Origin: a virus
Strand: one strand, 5' to 3'
Virus record (IMG/VR): IMGVR_UViG_3300047496_000172
Location: 1 to 64,000 of that record
Length of the DNA stretch: 64,000 nucleotides
The translations under genes were made by a program, and so were the position numbers. Each line of letters begins with the position of its first letter. The stretch's first letter is position 1. Positions 10,207 through 20,136 of the stretch are shown here, piece by piece. The notes beneath the pieces are model-generated. The model saw only the letters and a program-made list of their open reading frames with translations. It did no database searches and was not told the origin of the DNA.

Positions 10207-10805
10207 CCACCAAAATCGTTTATAATTCGAAAAAATATCAAAAACCAGATGAACCGCATCCCACTTTGGGCGAAGGATTTTGGCTTTCGTTTCCTCTTGG
10301 TGATGACGGTTCTCCGGTCATGCCTTTTCCCAGAGTTTATTTTAGGTTGGATGGAACGAAAGATTTTCTAAACGAAAGCGATATTGATTCCAAGTTCGCA
10401 AAAATTTTGTGCAACTTAATTACTAATGAACTTCTATCTTATTTGAACCTGATTGATTTAGAGATTGAATACAGCCCCATACCACCAGAATATATGAACG
10501 AGTTAGCTATTCTTGTTCATGAGAAGAAAATTTCGTCTAAGACGGCCAAAGAAGTTTTTCAATTAATGACGGAAAGCTTTCTGTCACCAAAACAAATTGT
10601 GGCTGATAGAAATCTGGAAATCGACACCAACACTGGCGAACTTGAAAAATTCATTGAAGAATTGGTTGCCAGTAATCCGAAACAGGTCGAAGCTTGCAAG
10701 TTGAAGCCGCAAGCGATTGGCTGGTTTATCGGTCAAATTATGAAGAACTTCAAGAATTCTGATCCAACTCAGATCAGAGAATTGCTGATGGAAAAACTTG
10801 TCTAA
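10203..10805 (+). CDS. GatB C-terminal/Yqey domain protein
   Basis: ISSKTAKEVF, V..NPKQV, GWFIGQIMK and DP motifs; the GatB catalytic domain is absent. Confidence 0.8.
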   Translation: MTTKIVYNSKKYQKPDEPHPTLGEGFWLSFPLGDDGSPVMPFPRVYFRLDGTKDFLNESDIDSKFAKILCNLITNELLSYLNLIDLEIEYSPIPPEYMNELAILVHEKKISSKTAKEVFQLMTESFLSPKQIVADRNLEIDTNTGELEKFIEELVASNPKQVEACKLKPQAIGWFIGQIMKNFKNSDPTQIRELLMEKLV

Positions 10806-11094
10806 AATATTATATGATTGGGAAACTTACGTTCCAGATATGAAGTTCCTTCATATAAGTGAAGGTGTAAAACGTTACATTGATAATGTAGAGTTAGACT
10901 ACCAAGTCACTATACATTATACTCACCCATTATTGATGGTAAATAAAAGTAAATCAATTTATAGTTATTATTTTGGTCCAGAAATAAAAGAATGGATTAA
11001 AGGAAAAAAGTATAGTGTTTCTTCTCAAGGCTATAATTGTCAAATAAGAATGACAAAACAGGACATGGCACTCTTTCGATTATTTTTCTGTTAG
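10798..11094 (+). CDS. Small FK(L/M)xW/F-family protein
   Basis: C-terminus DMALFRLFFC. Confidence 0.65.
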   Translation: MSKILYDWETYVPDMKFLHISEGVKRYIDNVELDYQVTIHYTHPLLMVNKSKSIYSYYFGPEIKEWIKGKKYSVSSQGYNCQIRMTKQDMALFRLFFC

Positions 11095-11334
11095 AACTTA
11101 CGAAGAAGATTATCCGCGCGCTTTCCTGCTTGCCCTCTTGCCAAACTAAACAGTTGATTTTTCGTAGCCTTACGCTTAGGTCGTGGATTATAATTTCCAG
11201 CTATAGCATCGCGTGTTTTCGCAAAGTTGCGTCTTACATCTTTAAAACCACCTACAATTATTTGCATGACGTACTCCTCTATTAGTATAGAAATACTATC
11301 ACAATTTATATAGTTGTAAAGCAATATTTGGGGG

Positions 11335-11622
11335 TCAAAGCCAAAAAAGTTTGAATAAAATAAAATCACGATCATCGTCATATTCTAATAAAAAATATAA
11401 TATGAGATTATCATCTCGAACGTTAATTGAGGTTTCTAGCTTTATATTAAACTTACCATATATATTATAATCTATCCATTGTTGGATATCGTCTATCCAT
11501 TGTATCGGATAGTATTTAATGATAGCATTAACCTTATCATATTTTTCAAATAATAAATCTTCTATGACCATATCATTACTAAATTTTACTAAAGAAGAAA
11601 TGTTTGGAAGATATCTATACAT
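11335..11622 (-). CDS. Small FK(L/M)xW/F-family protein
   Basis: C-terminus DRDFILFKLFWL. Confidence 0.7.
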   Translation of the reverse strand: MYRYLPNISSLVKFSNDMVIEDLLFEKYDKVNAIIKYYPIQWIDDIQQWIDYNIYGKFNIKLETSINVRDDNLILYFLLEYDDDRDFILFKLFWL

Positions 11623-12163
11623 ATTTCATTAATTTTCGAATAGCCAATTTTCCATTGTTGGACAAATCTCTACTTCCAATTCCGGCCCAAATACCATGAG
11701 GCATAGGCGGCTGATCTATTTTAACCCATTGGTTATCCCACATGAACCAAGCATCTTCTACTTGATCAAACACGTAGCATTCGCTTGGCTCATCGTTATG
11801 CCGATCTAACCACATCGAAATCGCCCAACCGGTTCCACCCTGAACCAAACCATCCTTGATAGTGGCTACGGCGTAGACGCGCTCGGCATCTTTTACCTGA
11901 TACCAATTACGCCGAAGAAGATTTCTAACGAAGAGGCTCTTGGGAGGAAACCATCGTTTAATTCTTTTACTGGCGGCCATACATGCCTCGTCAGCGGCTT
12001 CTAGTTGATCTTTGGACAGTATTATGACTTCTACATCTGGGGCCTGTGTCCGATGCCCAGCAAACGAAAAATGAACAACAGAATGGCCAGCCATTCCAGC
12101 GGTCATACCCCATTGAAGGTCTGCTCCTGATGCTCCTCCTGATAACAATACATTATCGTTCAT
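11615..12163 (-). CDS. SLOG/DprA-like Rossmann-fold protein
   Basis: SGGASGAD, RRNW, GGTGWA and AGIGSR motifs. Confidence 0.55.
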   Translation of the reverse strand: MNDNVLLSGGASGADLQWGMTAGMAGHSVVHFSFAGHRTQAPDVEVIILSKDQLEAADEACMAASKRIKRWFPPKSLFVRNLLRRNWYQVKDAERVYAVATIKDGLVQGGTGWAISMWLDRHNDEPSECYVFDQVEDAWFMWDNQWVKIDQPPMPHGIWAGIGSRDLSNNGKLAIRKLMKYV

Positions 12164-12169
12164 TGCTCA

Positions 12170-12412
12170 TTATTCATCTTCAATAAAATTGTTTGTAACA
12201 TCCAAACGAGAAGTCCAGTCTAAATCTTGTTGGTTATCAATATACTTGAACACTTTTATGTCATCAAATGAAAAACAATCACCAGTATGTCCGCCACCAA
12301 GAATATTCTTATAAAAACTATCCAACCAAGAAGCACATTCATGCTTTACTGTGAACAGTCTTATGACTACATCACCTTTCTGTATGGACCAAATAGTATT
12401 TGACCTAGCCAT
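12170..12412 (-). CDS. Hypothetical protein
   Basis: ORF in a co-oriented run. Confidence 0.55.
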   Translation of the reverse strand: MARSNTIWSIQKGDVVIRLFTVKHECASWLDSFYKNILGGGHTGDCFSFDDIKVFKYIDNQQDLDWTSRLDVTNNFIEDE

Positions 12413-12415
12413 TAT

Positions 12416-12796
12416 TTATTCCTCCAATTGCAATGGTGACATTTTCTTCTTCATTTCCAAAACATCTAAGCTATCTCTGTTAAGTGAGAAATCGTTCCAT
12501 CGCAATTTAAATAACAAATCAATATTATTATAATCAGTAATTGTAATTACTCCAATGATAAAAACGGGATTCTTATTTATTAGTGTAGGAAATTTTTCCA
12601 AAATTGTCTTAGGATTTACGTAACTAAATGTTGTTGACATTACATAATATTTTGAACAATTTTTTACTGCCCATGCTTTAATGTCATCATAAACATCCAT
12701 GACGAAATAAAATGTAATCATAACTTCAACTTTCGACGTGGTTCTCTGTAAGGATATCCAACATTCAATGCCCCTGTTCGAAATAAATCCGAACAA
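12416..12796 (-). CDS. FK(L/M)xW-family protein with a C-terminal extension
   Basis: IKAWAVKNC ... DLLFKLRW. Confidence 0.6.
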   Translation of the reverse strand: MFGFISNRGIECWISLQRTTSKVEVMITFYFVMDVYDDIKAWAVKNCSKYYVMSTTFSYVNPKTILEKFPTLINKNPVFIIGVITITDYNNIDLLFKLRWNDFSLNRDSLDVLEMKKKMSPLQLEE

Positions 12797-13166
12797 GATT
12801 GCATTTGCGATTGACGACGGAACAACTCAATGGCCGAATGTGATATCATACGAATTCGCCATTGAACATCATATGTGCGATAAAAAGGATAATAGCACTT
12901 GCTGAAAATAACAGGAAGCGTGCCATAAACGCGCTTCGCAGCATCTCCATACCTACGTGTATGGAATCTATGTATAATATTCCCCTTCATCTTCATCATC
13001 ATCATCATCTTCTTCTCTAAAAAACTGCTCTACTGTCGTTTTCTTAATTTCAAACTTAGGGGTTTAGTCCAAGCTCCATCCCAAGTATCCAATGGACTTA
13101 TTTTATTCCAAAGATTATGCGAATTGCAGCGAGGACAAGGCATTTGTAGTCTCCTTTATTCTGTTT

Positions 13167-13595
13167 TTAATGAAAAAGATTTGATTTTTTGAACTCAATG
13201 ATTTCTTCAAGAAACTTCGAACCTTTTTCTAGCATGAAAAACTTAGTAAGATCAGCCATTGATTCTGCTTCAGGATCAGCCATTTTTCTGTTTAAATGCA
13301 TCATTCGATCCCATACATCCAAATATTTATCCAGTGCTTCTAACATTTTTGAGATATCTCGAATGTTATGTTCATCAAGTAATCTTCTAGATATCGGAAG
13401 AAGAATACCTAATTTTGTAGGATAGTTTTTAAAAGCCTCTGTCATAACTGTTCGCATTTGCTCATGTGCTTCAGTTCGAAGTTCTTCACACAAAACAGCA
13501 TGCGTTCTATCAAAAACACTTGGAGTAGATATTGTATTCATTGATTTTTGCCTTTCAAATGTTAACAAAGTTAAAGGGTTCAGATACGCCGCCAC
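13167..13595 (-). CDS. Hypothetical helical protein
   Basis: ORF in a co-oriented run; likely start at MNTIS. Confidence 0.55.
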   Translation of the reverse strand: MAAYLNPLTLLTFERQKSMNTISTPSVFDRTHAVLCEELRTEAHEQMRTVMTEAFKNYPTKLGILLPISRRLLDEHNIRDISKMLEALDKYLDVWDRMMHLNRKMADPEAESMADLTKFFMLEKGSKFLEEIIEFKKSNLFH

Positions 13596-14094
13596 TAAAG
13601 TTAGCTGCGGCTGATAAAGCTTGCTCTATACGCCATTCAGGCTTCAACGTTTTGTCCATGTCGGTTGTATGAAGAGAACCAAGCGCATATGCCTCTCCAC
13701 ATCCTATGGCCATGTATCCACACAAATTTTCGCCCACTTGGAAGTCTCTCTGTATATTAAAAAGTCGTCCACGTCCACCAACTAAAAAAGAGCCGCCATG
13801 CTCCTGGCTGGATTCAATCGAAGTGTATGCACCTTCCTTGAATACGGCTCTCAATGATGGGATAAATGTTTTCACCATATAAACCATCAAATCATCATAC
13901 TCTACTTCGGGCGGATCAAAATCATACTGTAATATTTGACCCATTCGAAAAGAACTTGAAAAGCCAAACACAAATTCACCATTATAAAATACCTTCTTAT
14001 CTTTTCTAATTACTTTGTCTAAACCCGAAATACCACAAGAGTCGCCACCAATATGAACTCTTCCTTTGGAAGCCACACCAACAATGCATGTCAT
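13555..14094 (-). CDS. Proteasome-beta/HslV-like Ntn hydrolase
   Basis: N-terminal MTCIVG (Thr nucleophile), GDS, KVF and AIGCG..ALG. Confidence 0.75.
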   Translation of the reverse strand: MTCIVGVASKGRVHIGGDSCGISGLDKVIRKDKKVFYNGEFVFGFSSSFRMGQILQYDFDPPEVEYDDLMVYMVKTFIPSLRAVFKEGAYTSIESSQEHGGSFLVGGRGRLFNIQRDFQVGENLCGYMAIGCGEAYALGSLHTTDMDKTLKPEWRIEQALSAAANFSGGVSEPFNFVNI

Positions 14095-14179
14095 ATATTA
14101 TTTCTTTCTATTTTACAGGCATATACGAGCCACTTCCGCATGTAAATGCATGACAGTTAAGTCGTTATTTATCACATGA

Positions 14180-14974
14180 TCAATACAACCAACACTTATT
14201 TACGAATGGTTCTATTTTAGACCATTTACGTTGTAAGCCTCTTCCTTTATATATTTTTTTATATAAAGCAACTGCACTTTTACCACTAAAAACGATTTCA
14301 TATAAATTTGGTATATTTTTGTGATTTCTGATAGAACAAGGTAAATCTGTCCAAACGCCAATAAAGTCTATAATTTCTTTTGAGGCCAACAGATTAATTA
14401 ATACATTTTTTTGTTCTTTTGAAGAAAAATAAATACAACCATCACCGTCAATTAATCCTACTAACCATTGTGATATCAAAGTATCATCTCCTTTAATACA
14501 CTCTGGAACTCGATTAACTTTGGATTTCCTCGGAAAAATTTCCCATAGTTTCATATCTTCAATTATATAAGGATTGTTTATAACACAAGAATATTTAATC
14601 TTTCCATTTGATTTCTGTGAACGATAGTATAATGGTTTAGTTGAACCAACAAATTGTTTTAGCCCATTTACTAATTCATAATCTAAACAACTTAGTTCCA
14701 ATACATAACTTTCAGATTTCCCACTTTTCTTAATACAACCATCTGCGCTAATAACACCAGCCCAATAAGCCGTTTCTTCCGTTGGAGTTAAAAATATATT
14801 TTCATTACTACATGAATATTTTTGGTTACCTATTGGTAACGGAATCATATATGAAGATGCCCACCAAACAATTTTATCTCTACTACAATTCCATTGTTGA
14901 GCTAACAAAGTTGGACTGTTATTCTTAAGCCCGTCAATTAAATCATTTCTTGATGGCACATTTTTTTTAGTCAA
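14180..14974 (-). CDS. Free-standing LAGLIDADG homing endonuclease
   Basis: AYWAGVISADGC and WLVGLIDGDGC. Confidence 0.88.
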   Translation of the reverse strand: MTKKNVPSRNDLIDGLKNNSPTLLAQQWNCSRDKIVWWASSYMIPLPIGNQKYSCSNENIFLTPTEETAYWAGVISADGCIKKSGKSESYVLELSCLDYELVNGLKQFVGSTKPLYYRSQKSNGKIKYSCVINNPYIIEDMKLWEIFPRKSKVNRVPECIKGDDTLISQWLVGLIDGDGCIYFSSKEQKNVLINLLASKEIIDFIGVWTDLPCSIRNHKNIPNLYEIVFSGKSAVALYKKIYKGRGLQRKWSKIEPFVNKCWLY

Positions 14975-15025
14975 TTTTTTGTTTAAATTATTGATGAATA
15001 GTCTAAAACTATATAATATCTATGA

Positions 15026-15604
15026 TTAATTTGTATTGTTTATAAGAACATAATTAAAATCGGTTCGAAGTAAAGAAGTTTCACTTTCATGATTTGAATA
15101 ATCCCAATTTGAAGGTCTAAATAAATAAATACATATTCCTCCCATTTCTTCTATCATTTCTCTTTCATTGGAAAATCTTATATCATCAAAAAAACATTTC
15201 TCTAAATTTGCTATTCTTTCTTTAGTTTTTCTAATATGAATATTAGAATCGTGTTTTCTAAGCACATCTGTTCCAACAAATTGAAGCATCTCTCTTATAT
15301 TTTTTAATTTTTTATTTACCACAAAATTTAAATCTAGATTTGCTAAATCTGATAATTCCATACATTTGTCAATATTCCACAAACAATGAACATCAAATAT
15401 TTTTTCTTTTTCTAATGCATCATAAAATTTTTCAATGTTTATATTGAAAAGCTTTGAGCAAGTTTCTTTTAAAAAATCAGCAAAACTTACCCTAATATAT
15501 CCACAAGATAGTAATTCTTTACCAATGGTCGTTTTTCCACTACCCTTACGACCAGCGATGCCTATTAATTTCATAAAGAAGAATATCCACAGATTATTCC
15601 TCAT
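15026..15604 (-). CDS. Deoxynucleoside monophosphate kinase
   Basis: GIAGRKGSGKTT, SFAD.LK, REMLQFVGTD, DIRF.NE and HESE. Confidence 0.88.
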   Translation of the reverse strand: MRNNLWIFFFMKLIGIAGRKGSGKTTIGKELLSCGYIRVSFADFLKETCSKLFNINIEKFYDALEKEKIFDVHCLWNIDKCMELSDLANLDLNFVVNKKLKNIREMLQFVGTDVLRKHDSNIHIRKTKERIANLEKCFFDDIRFSNEREMIEEMGGICIYLFRPSNWDYSNHESETSLLRTDFNYVLINNTN

Positions 15605-16129
15605 ATTACCGTAAACGCGATCTCTACGTCATTATTTTTCGAACTCGTAGAACATTTTCATAAAAACGAAATCTTTGTAATCTACCGTGCAAATGAAGTC
15701 CCAAACATGCGAATTACGTTCACTTAGTTCATAGGTGAATGCTGCACTTTTGTATTGTTCTTTAAACATATTTTTACCAAAGAGTTATTACGAGACGCGT
15801 TCGGCGATAAGACGTGTAAATACCAATCTCTAATGAATACTTTGAAAATTGCGAAATCCCCCTCATACCGTTTGAAGTAAAAAATGGCAAGAGAAGCCGT
15901 AACTTCATCAGATGATAAAGTCGATCCATTAGAATCAAAACTTATCGCAATTTCTTTCATGTTAAATCTTTATTACTATAACCTTCGTCCCAAAGTTGAT
16001 CTAAATGATCGTCTTTGTCACCTAAATATACGAACCAAGATTGTATTTCTTCGGCTGTGCCTGACGGATTAGATACAAAAATTTTCTTTACTTCCAAACA
16101 CTTTTCACATTTGGCGAAATACCAAGTCT

Positions 16130-16879
16130 TCATATTGTAAAAATCTCGTATCCAGTTTCCGTAACACCAATTGAATGCTCCCACTGAGCACTTAATGTTT
16201 TGTCCTTAGTGACAGCCGTCCAACCATCACTAAGAATCTTCGTATCTGGCTTTCCAATATTGATCATCGGCTCAATAGTGAAGAACATTCCTGGAACAAA
16301 CGGTATTCCTTTGTAATCTGCATGTGGCATGAAGTGTAAAATTTGAGGATCATCATGGAAAACTCTTCCAACACCATGACCAACAAAAGTTTCAACCACC
16401 GAAAACCCATTTTTATGAGCATGATCTTCAATTGCTTTAGCAATATCACCCGTAAAACCACCCGGCTTTACCTGTTCAATTGCCAAATATAAACATTCTC
16501 GGGTAACATCGATCAATTTCTTAGCCTTGGCATTAATCGAACCAACTGCATACATTCGACTATGGTCGCCGTGCCAGCCATCAAGGATGACCGTATAATC
16601 AATATTGGCGATGTCGCCCTCGCGTAAAATCTTGGCACCAGGAATGCCATGACAGACCACATGATTGACGCTGATGCACAACGTCTTTGGATATCCTTTG
16701 TAGCCAAGACAAGCGGGAATACCATTATTTGCAAGCATGAACTCTCTTGCTAAGTTGTCAAGAGTTTCTGTTGCCACGCCTGGAACCACGAATTGTGTCA
16801 GATAGTCAGCGCATTGCGCTGCAAGCTTTCCAGCAGCACGCATGCCATTCCAATCTGCTTCATCTGTATGAATAATCAT
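16130..16879 (-). CDS. map: Methionine aminopeptidase type I
   Basis: CISVNHVVCHGIP, DHSR, GHGVG..FH, FTIEPM and SAQWEH. Confidence 0.96.
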   Translation of the reverse strand: MIIHTDEADWNGMRAAGKLAAQCADYLTQFVVPGVATETLDNLAREFMLANNGIPACLGYKGYPKTLCISVNHVVCHGIPGAKILREGDIANIDYTVILDGWHGDHSRMYAVGSINAKAKKLIDVTRECLYLAIEQVKPGGFTGDIAKAIEDHAHKNGFSVVETFVGHGVGRVFHDDPQILHFMPHADYKGIPFVPGMFFTIEPMINIGKPDTKILSDGWTAVTKDKTLSAQWEHSIGVTETGYEIFTI

Positions 16880-16889
16880 TGATTATTTA

Positions 16890-18251
16890 TCAATCAACCA
16901 AGCCGCCAGTCTTCTTTTCCAGATCAAAATTAGCTTCGATGAAGTCAATAACTTCTGCCGCTGGCGTGTTTCGATTGAAAACAATATTCGGGCCATGATT
17001 ATCGAGCATTACGGCATGAATATCATTAGAATATGGGCGAAGATTACGGCTGGTGTTGGCTCCGCAATTGTGCGATCCACATTCGTATTCCATCTGTGAA
17101 GCAATGTTCACAAAGTCTCGTGGATTTTCCTTAAGAGGAACGTGGGCATGCACGATGCAATCAAGTTCCGGATGCTCACGGAAAACAATTCGCTGCGATT
17201 GTCCACCAACAGATGGTTTCGCGCCGTGAGCGATGACCTTTGTATCATCTTCGTATTCAACCAACACCAATCCTTCGTCAGAAAGATTGTTGAAATTTCT
17301 CTTACGCTTCGACGTAAGGACGCGTCCTTCATCTAGCTTAACGGCGAAGTGACCAGCCGTTACACCACGGAAAGGTTTGTATGCGCCGCGATTGATACAA
17401 TGATTCACAACTTTACGAAGATTATCAGGAATCAAATCTGAATCCCAAGGAACCGATGTGCCTTCGTCAATAACAGTGGATCGAGTGAAGGTATTGGTAG
17501 AACGAGCCAAAACCATCTTGACTAGACCGTCAAGCATTTCATCACGATTGGTAGTCTCGAAATAGCGGGTTTCTTCGGGAGCTACAATCATGTTGTTACG
17601 AGTTACAGTATCATTGGCTACCACTAAATTAACACTATCGCGTTTTAGTGCATTCAGAGCTATTTTATACTGTTCGTCCGAAGTTGCACCAGTAGTGGTT
17701 TTGAAGGCAACCACGAAAATATCTTTGCGAACCTTTCGAATGCTGCCTACCAATTTATCGGCTGGAACAAGTTTCATTTCTTGATTGCCGTCAGAAGTCT
17801 TAAGGCGGATATCATGTGACCCAGACAAGGTAATCTTCTTTTTATTGGAAAAAGTAGAATTTTCTGGATCGTTCTCTAAAATAAAACCATTATAATCACA
17901 GAGAGCAGCATTCAAAATGATGACGCGGGTTTCCGGATCAGCAATGAGAGTATTGAGTAAAGCCGCAACATCATCATTTGTCACCAACTTACTTGTTGGA
18001 TCAGCCATCTTGGTCAAATGAAGATAATAATCATTGGCCCAAACCATTTCATCCCAACCACCTTGCGGATCAGTATTTGCTTTACCGGGATCATTGCTCG
18101 CAAACTTGTGCGCCAACTCACGAGCAGTTGTTCCAAACGCAGGAGCGGCCAACGCCAAATGATTGCGAACATGCGATAGTGTGCCTCCTCCAATAATGTG
18201 AATTTTACTCATTGAGTTTTCCTTTCGCAAATATCTATTACTCCGATCCAT
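16890..18251 (-). CDS. CoaB-like (phosphopantothenoylcysteine synthetase) domain fused to a class II aldolase-like domain
   Basis: N-half has GGGT..VR, AALCDY, VAFK and VVAND. C-half has HAH and NHG metal-binding pattern. Confidence 0.6.
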   Translation of the reverse strand: MDRSNRYLRKENSMSKIHIIGGGTLSHVRNHLALAAPAFGTTARELAHKFASNDPGKANTDPQGGWDEMVWANDYYLHLTKMADPTSKLVTNDDVAALLNTLIADPETRVIILNAALCDYNGFILENDPENSTFSNKKKITLSGSHDIRLKTSDGNQEMKLVPADKLVGSIRKVRKDIFVVAFKTTTGATSDEQYKIALNALKRDSVNLVVANDTVTRNNMIVAPEETRYFETTNRDEMLDGLVKMVLARSTNTFTRSTVIDEGTSVPWDSDLIPDNLRKVVNHCINRGAYKPFRGVTAGHFAVKLDEGRVLTSKRKRNFNNLSDEGLVLVEYEDDTKVIAHGAKPSVGGQSQRIVFREHPELDCIVHAHVPLKENPRDFVNIASQMEYECGSHNCGANTSRNLRPYSNDIHAVMLDNHGPNIVFNRNTPAAEVIDFIEANFDLEKKTGGLVD

Positions 18252-18870
18252 ACAAATGAAAACGAGACAACAGAGACTTCAATTCACCGTTTCTACCAAA
18301 AACATACCCGCAGGTATCAATAGAAAGCGAGTGAAAAGTTTCACCGTCCTTGATTTTATAATCGGGATCATTGACGATACCCACATGAAAACCATTCTTC
18401 TTGGCGGTAGCAACCGTCTCGTGCATTTCTTGTTCGTTGACTGACAAAACAATACCTGTTCCGAAACCTGCGCCAGTTTCGTCTTCCCAATCCTTCAGTA
18501 ATTCGCGGCGAACATCATCAAGAGGCATACAAAATTGAAGTTCAAAAACCATTTGGTTAGCTGCATGCATGGCTTGAGCACATGCGCGGCCACTATTAAG
18601 ACTTTCCATGTCATTTCGCATCAAAATGTATTGGCGCGGCTGGATCATTAGCATGTAATGATCCAATGCTTTTTCGAGAGATTCATAATCTACAGGAGAA
18701 TTGAGTATGGAATTCGCGCGGATGCTTGCCAGAAAATTATCAATGGCGATATCCAAACCATAATACTCTTCTTCGGAAGAGATTTTAGATTGAATAACTG
18801 TTGTCAGCCAACCTTCATAATGACTTCTACGCGTGGGCACATAGTAGGAAATATCTTCTTTCGTCAGCAT
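18238..18870 (-). CDS. Peptidyl-tRNA hydrolase, Pth2 type
   Basis: YILMRNDM..GRACAQAMHAA, W...GF..IVL, DP and TC. Confidence 0.8.
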   Translation of the reverse strand: MLTKEDISYYVPTRRSHYEGWLTTVIQSKISSEEEYYGLDIAIDNFLASIRANSILNSPVDYESLEKALDHYMLMIQPRQYILMRNDMESLNSGRACAQAMHAANQMVFELQFCMPLDDVRRELLKDWEDETGAGFGTGIVLSVNEQEMHETVATAKKNGFHVGIVNDPDYKIKDGETFHSLSIDTCGYVFGRNGELKSLLSRFHLYGSE

Positions 18871-19177
18871 AAAATGATCTCCTTTATTCTAAATCATTAT
18901 AGACTATTTTTATTTATTGTCAAGGTCAGATTTAGACATTTTCAAAAACACACAAAAACGTTTCCATTCGCTCTGAATCAAAGGATTAGTCTTAATTTCC
19001 TCGTGATATTGCATAATTAGTTGTATTTCTGGAATGTCTTCCAACGCAAAATATTGATGAATAGCTTGTGTCATCAAATCCCCTTTACTAATTTTCTTTC
19101 GAAAAGATTTTATCCGAAGTTTATCATCATCGGTGTTATCCAAATAGAGCGTTCGTAAAACCCGGCCCATTCTGCAA

Positions 19178-19384
19178 TTATAGTTCTTTTTTAAGAAAAC
19201 TGCCCGTTTGAAGTTCAGTCCAACCAAGGTCTTCATCGATCTCGGCTCCATTTTTACGTGAAAATGTCCACCAACCACAGATAATATGGTCTTCGGTAAG
19301 TTCCGTAACTTGCAGCCGCATTGGAATGGAGCCTGCCAGAAGACGCGTCACAACATCTCCAACTTCAATATGCTCAAACATCAC
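19178..19384 (-). CDS. Hypothetical phage protein
   Basis: ATG ORF overlapping its neighbours. Confidence 0.55.
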   Translation of the reverse strand: MMFEHIEVGDVVTRLLAGSIPMRLQVTELTEDHIICGWWTFSRKNGAEIDEDLGWTELQTGSFLKKEL

Positions 19385-19691
19385 ATTTTTCTCACATCTA
19401 GATATAAAGGTTCTAATTGTTGGTTTTTATTCGGATTGTCAACTAATATTTTCCATTTTATCCCAAGATCGACAACAAGGCCGCCAACATTGCATCCCCA
19501 CGGATAAATCCACCATCCGAAAAATCCCCAACAATCAAAAATAAATGCCAGTTCACATAAAAAATATGAAAACCAATCTAAGGTATCATATACAAAAAAC
19601 TTAATTTTCATCATTTTAAACCGCGCACCACTCCGCTTTAAGCATGCAAAAGATATCCGAAAAATAATTTTCGTCAAGTTTCAAAAACATG

Positions 19692-19722
19692 TTGACATAA
19701 AAATCATCAGCGAGTATAAATA
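19692..19722 (+). promoter_or_regulatory. Dual sigma70/late promoter of the tRNA cluster
   Basis: TTGACA-17 bp-TATAAA, overlapping TATAAATA; ATG 19728 lies 7 nt after the -10 box. Confidence 0.8.
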
Positions 19723-19727
19723 AGATT

Positions 19728-19859
19728 ATGACTTACGCACTCAACATCTCCCGCACCGGTTCGGCCTTCGGCCAGGATCGTGGAGATATGGGCGGTCGCG
19801 GCGAACGAGAACTTCGCGCCGGGGCCATTTGTCGTGCGGATGGCGGAACCCAAGTCTAA
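19728..19859 (+). CDS. Putative leaderless leader peptide (43 aa, Gly/Arg/Asp/Glu-rich) upstream of the tRNA-Asp/Gly/Glu cluster
   Basis: MTYALNISRTGSAFGQDRGDMGGRGERELRAGAICRADGGTQV*. The stop lies inside the GGAACC/GGTTCC hairpin. Confidence 0.65.
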   Translation: MTYALNISRTGSAFGQDRGDMGGRGERELRAGAICRADGGTQV

Positions 19860-19943
19860 GGTTCCCCCTTCTCCCAAAGACAATTTGCTCCCGGCGACTG
19901 GTTAATTACCAGCACGGATGACTCTATCCAAAATCAAAATAAT

Positions 19944-20019
19944 GGTCGTGTTTCAATCTGGTTGATTGTATTCCGCTGTCTACGGAACAAGGCTGGTTCG
20001 ATTCCTGTCACGACCGCCA
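19944..20019 (+). tRNA. tRNA-Asp(GUC)
   Basis: GGTCGTG/CACGACC acceptor, TTCCG-CT GTC TA-CGGAA, GTTCGATTC, encoded CCA. Confidence 0.9.
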
Positions 20020-20027
20020 TTTTTGAT

Positions 20028-20103
20028 GCGGGTATGATGTTTAATGGTAGCATGTGCGATTGCCTGTCACACTGATTCGGTTCGAGTCCGAATATCCGCT
20101 CCA
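20028..20103 (+). tRNA. tRNA-Gly(GCC)
   Basis: GCGGGTA/TATCCGC acceptor, U73, loop TT GCC TG, GTTCGAGTC, CCA. Confidence 0.9.
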
Positions 20104-20136
20104 TTGATTTTGGATAGAGTCATCCGTGCTCCGTTT

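Larger units (their letters stand above)
19911..20130. repeat. Perfect 27-bp inverted repeat flanking tRNA-Asp and tRNA-Gly
   Basis: AGCACGGATGACTCTATCCAAAATCAA (19911-19937) is the exact reverse complement of 20104-20130. Confidence 0.97.

Noticed and set aside
12986-13015. (CAT)n microsatellite giving an MMMMM start
   Set aside because: Better explained as the poly-Asp/Glu tail of an overlapping frameshifted upstream gene.
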